Shown in pieces: positions 63,314 through 64,000 of a stretch of 64,000 bases of DNA. Under the pieces are notes generated by a model, which saw only the letters and a program-made list of their open reading frames with translations, was not told where the DNA came from and did no database searches. Location: contig RDNZ01000008.1 in the NCBI GenBank assembly GCA_011364905.1, positions 4,401-68,400 on the forward strand, given 5' to 3'. A program made the translations under genes and the position numbers. Source of the stretch: Candidatus Thorarchaeota archaeon. Lineage in GTDB: Archaea; Asgardarchaeota; Thorarchaeia; Thorarchaeales; Thorarchaeaceae. Numbering within the stretch: the stretch's first letter is position 1; each line of letters starts with the position of its first letter.

Positions 63314-64000
63314 TCACTTCTCTAGGACTATGACTGCTCTTTGAACTATCTGTCCTCGTTTTCTTTCAGGAATCAGTTCTCGATTTGGTCTTATCTTCAG
63401 CCTGGTGTCGATATTCTTCCCAGTCTTGATAGATTCATCTGAAAGCATTCTATACAATCCAAGACCTGTGTTTTCTATCAATTTGTCAAACTCAATCGAT
63501 ATAGGACCGCCCACTGAGTTGATTACAGGAATCGTCATTGCGACACGGCCATCAGGTCGAAGTATGGTAGAGATTTCTTTGAGTACCTCACGATAAAGAA
63601 CCGTGAGTGATCTAATAGTCTCTGCAGCTTCCTTCATTGATGGTGGATTCTTGTATATTGGCCCCAGAGGAGGTTCAAAAGCAACCGCATCAATCTGTGT
63701 CTTGATTAAGGATGAGAGATTTCTTGAGTCTCCTTTAATAATATTGTAATCAAGCTTCTCGCCCAGATCATTAGCGAGCCATTTCAGATTTGATCTTGCA
63801 CCCTGCACTTGGTCTCCATCAATATCTACTCCTATGCACTTCATATCCAACAGCGCTGCTTCCATGAGTAGAGTTCCAGTCCCGCAGAACGGATCAAGGA
63901 TTTTGTCTCTGGGCCTTGCTCCCGCGAGATTGAGTAGTGTTCTACAGATCTTAGGACTCGTGCTAATCTCTGCTGAAGTGAATGGTCTTGACTCGTCTCG
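63314..64000 (-). CDS. SAM-dependent RNA methyltransferase, Trm11/Trm-G10-like (UPF0020 family), partial (N-terminus right of the window)
   Basis: The reading frame stays open upstream of the annotated Met to the window edge. It encodes ...RPFTSAEISTSPKICRTLLNLAGARPRDKILDPFCGTGTLLMEAALLDMKCIGVDIDGDQV (motif I), then VAFEPPLG (DPPY-like motif IV). Confidence 0.7.
   Translation of the reverse strand, partial: RDESRPFTSAEISTSPKICRTLLNLAGARPRDKILDPFCGTGTLLMEAALLDMKCIGVDIDGDQVQGARSNLKWLANDLGEKLDYNIIKGDSRNLSSLIKTQIDAVAFEPPLGPIYKNPPSMKEAAETIRSLTVLYREVLKEISTILRPDGRVAMTIPVINSVGGPISIEFDKLIENTGLGLYRMLSDESIKTGKNIDTRLKIRPNRELIPERKRGQIVQRAVIVLEK

Noticed and set aside
1-64000. tRNA, rRNA, CRISPR arrays, transposases, integrases, or long direct/inverted DNA repeats marking mobile elements.
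   Set aside because: Intergenic regions are short (mostly under 250 nt) and AT-rich, with no cloverleaf-like GC-rich segments apart from the element upstream of tfb. No regularly spaced repeats or transposase/integrase motifs were seen. This is an eye scan only, so tRNAscan-SE, Infernal and CRISPR finders should confirm.

Overview
Moderately AT-rich archaeal chromosomal segment, almost certainly from an Asgard archaeon. It carries an ESCRT-II (EAP30/Vps22-like plus Vps25-like) / Vps4 / ESCRT-III cluster (51.0-54.6 kb) among archaeal housekeeping genes: family-B DNA polymerase, archaeal/eukaryal-type AspRS, ArgRS, TFB and TldD/PmbA. The dominant feature is a pair of collinear, paralogous giant genes on the minus strand (5889 and 3981 codons, 15201..44812, 46% of the window) joined by a 4-nt ATGA stop/start overlap. 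Both read as type-I membrane proteins. Each has a signal/anchor, a shared ~540-aa head domain, DUF2341-like + LamG-like modules (about seven in the larger, one in the smaller), more than 20 sequon-rich ~100-aa beta-sandwich-like repeats, one TM helix, and a conserved charged cytoplasmic tail with ~42-aa helix-loop-helix repeats (1 and 4 copies). Just upstream on the same strand is a small cytosolic LRR protein. Divergent from it is a tandem pair of paralogous Ras-superfamily-like proteins whose P-loop lysine and DxxG glycine are replaced in both copies while NKxD and the G5 motif are kept. I propose, as inference only, that giant proteins + LRR + degenerate GTPases form one surface-to-cytoplasm module. 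Other eukaryote-flavoured genes are a cytosolic IFT52/GldG-type GIFT-domain protein with a coiled coil, a zinc-finger protein with a PH/GRAM(GLUE)-like segment abutting ESCRT-III, and a roadblock/longin-like protein. Also present are two tandem GT-C-like membrane glycosyltransferase paralogs, an orphan permuted DNA methyltransferase, and a GC-rich hairpin-dense element upstream of tfb. I saw no rRNA, tRNA, CRISPR array or transposase by eye. All family assignments come from motif reading only; no searches were run.
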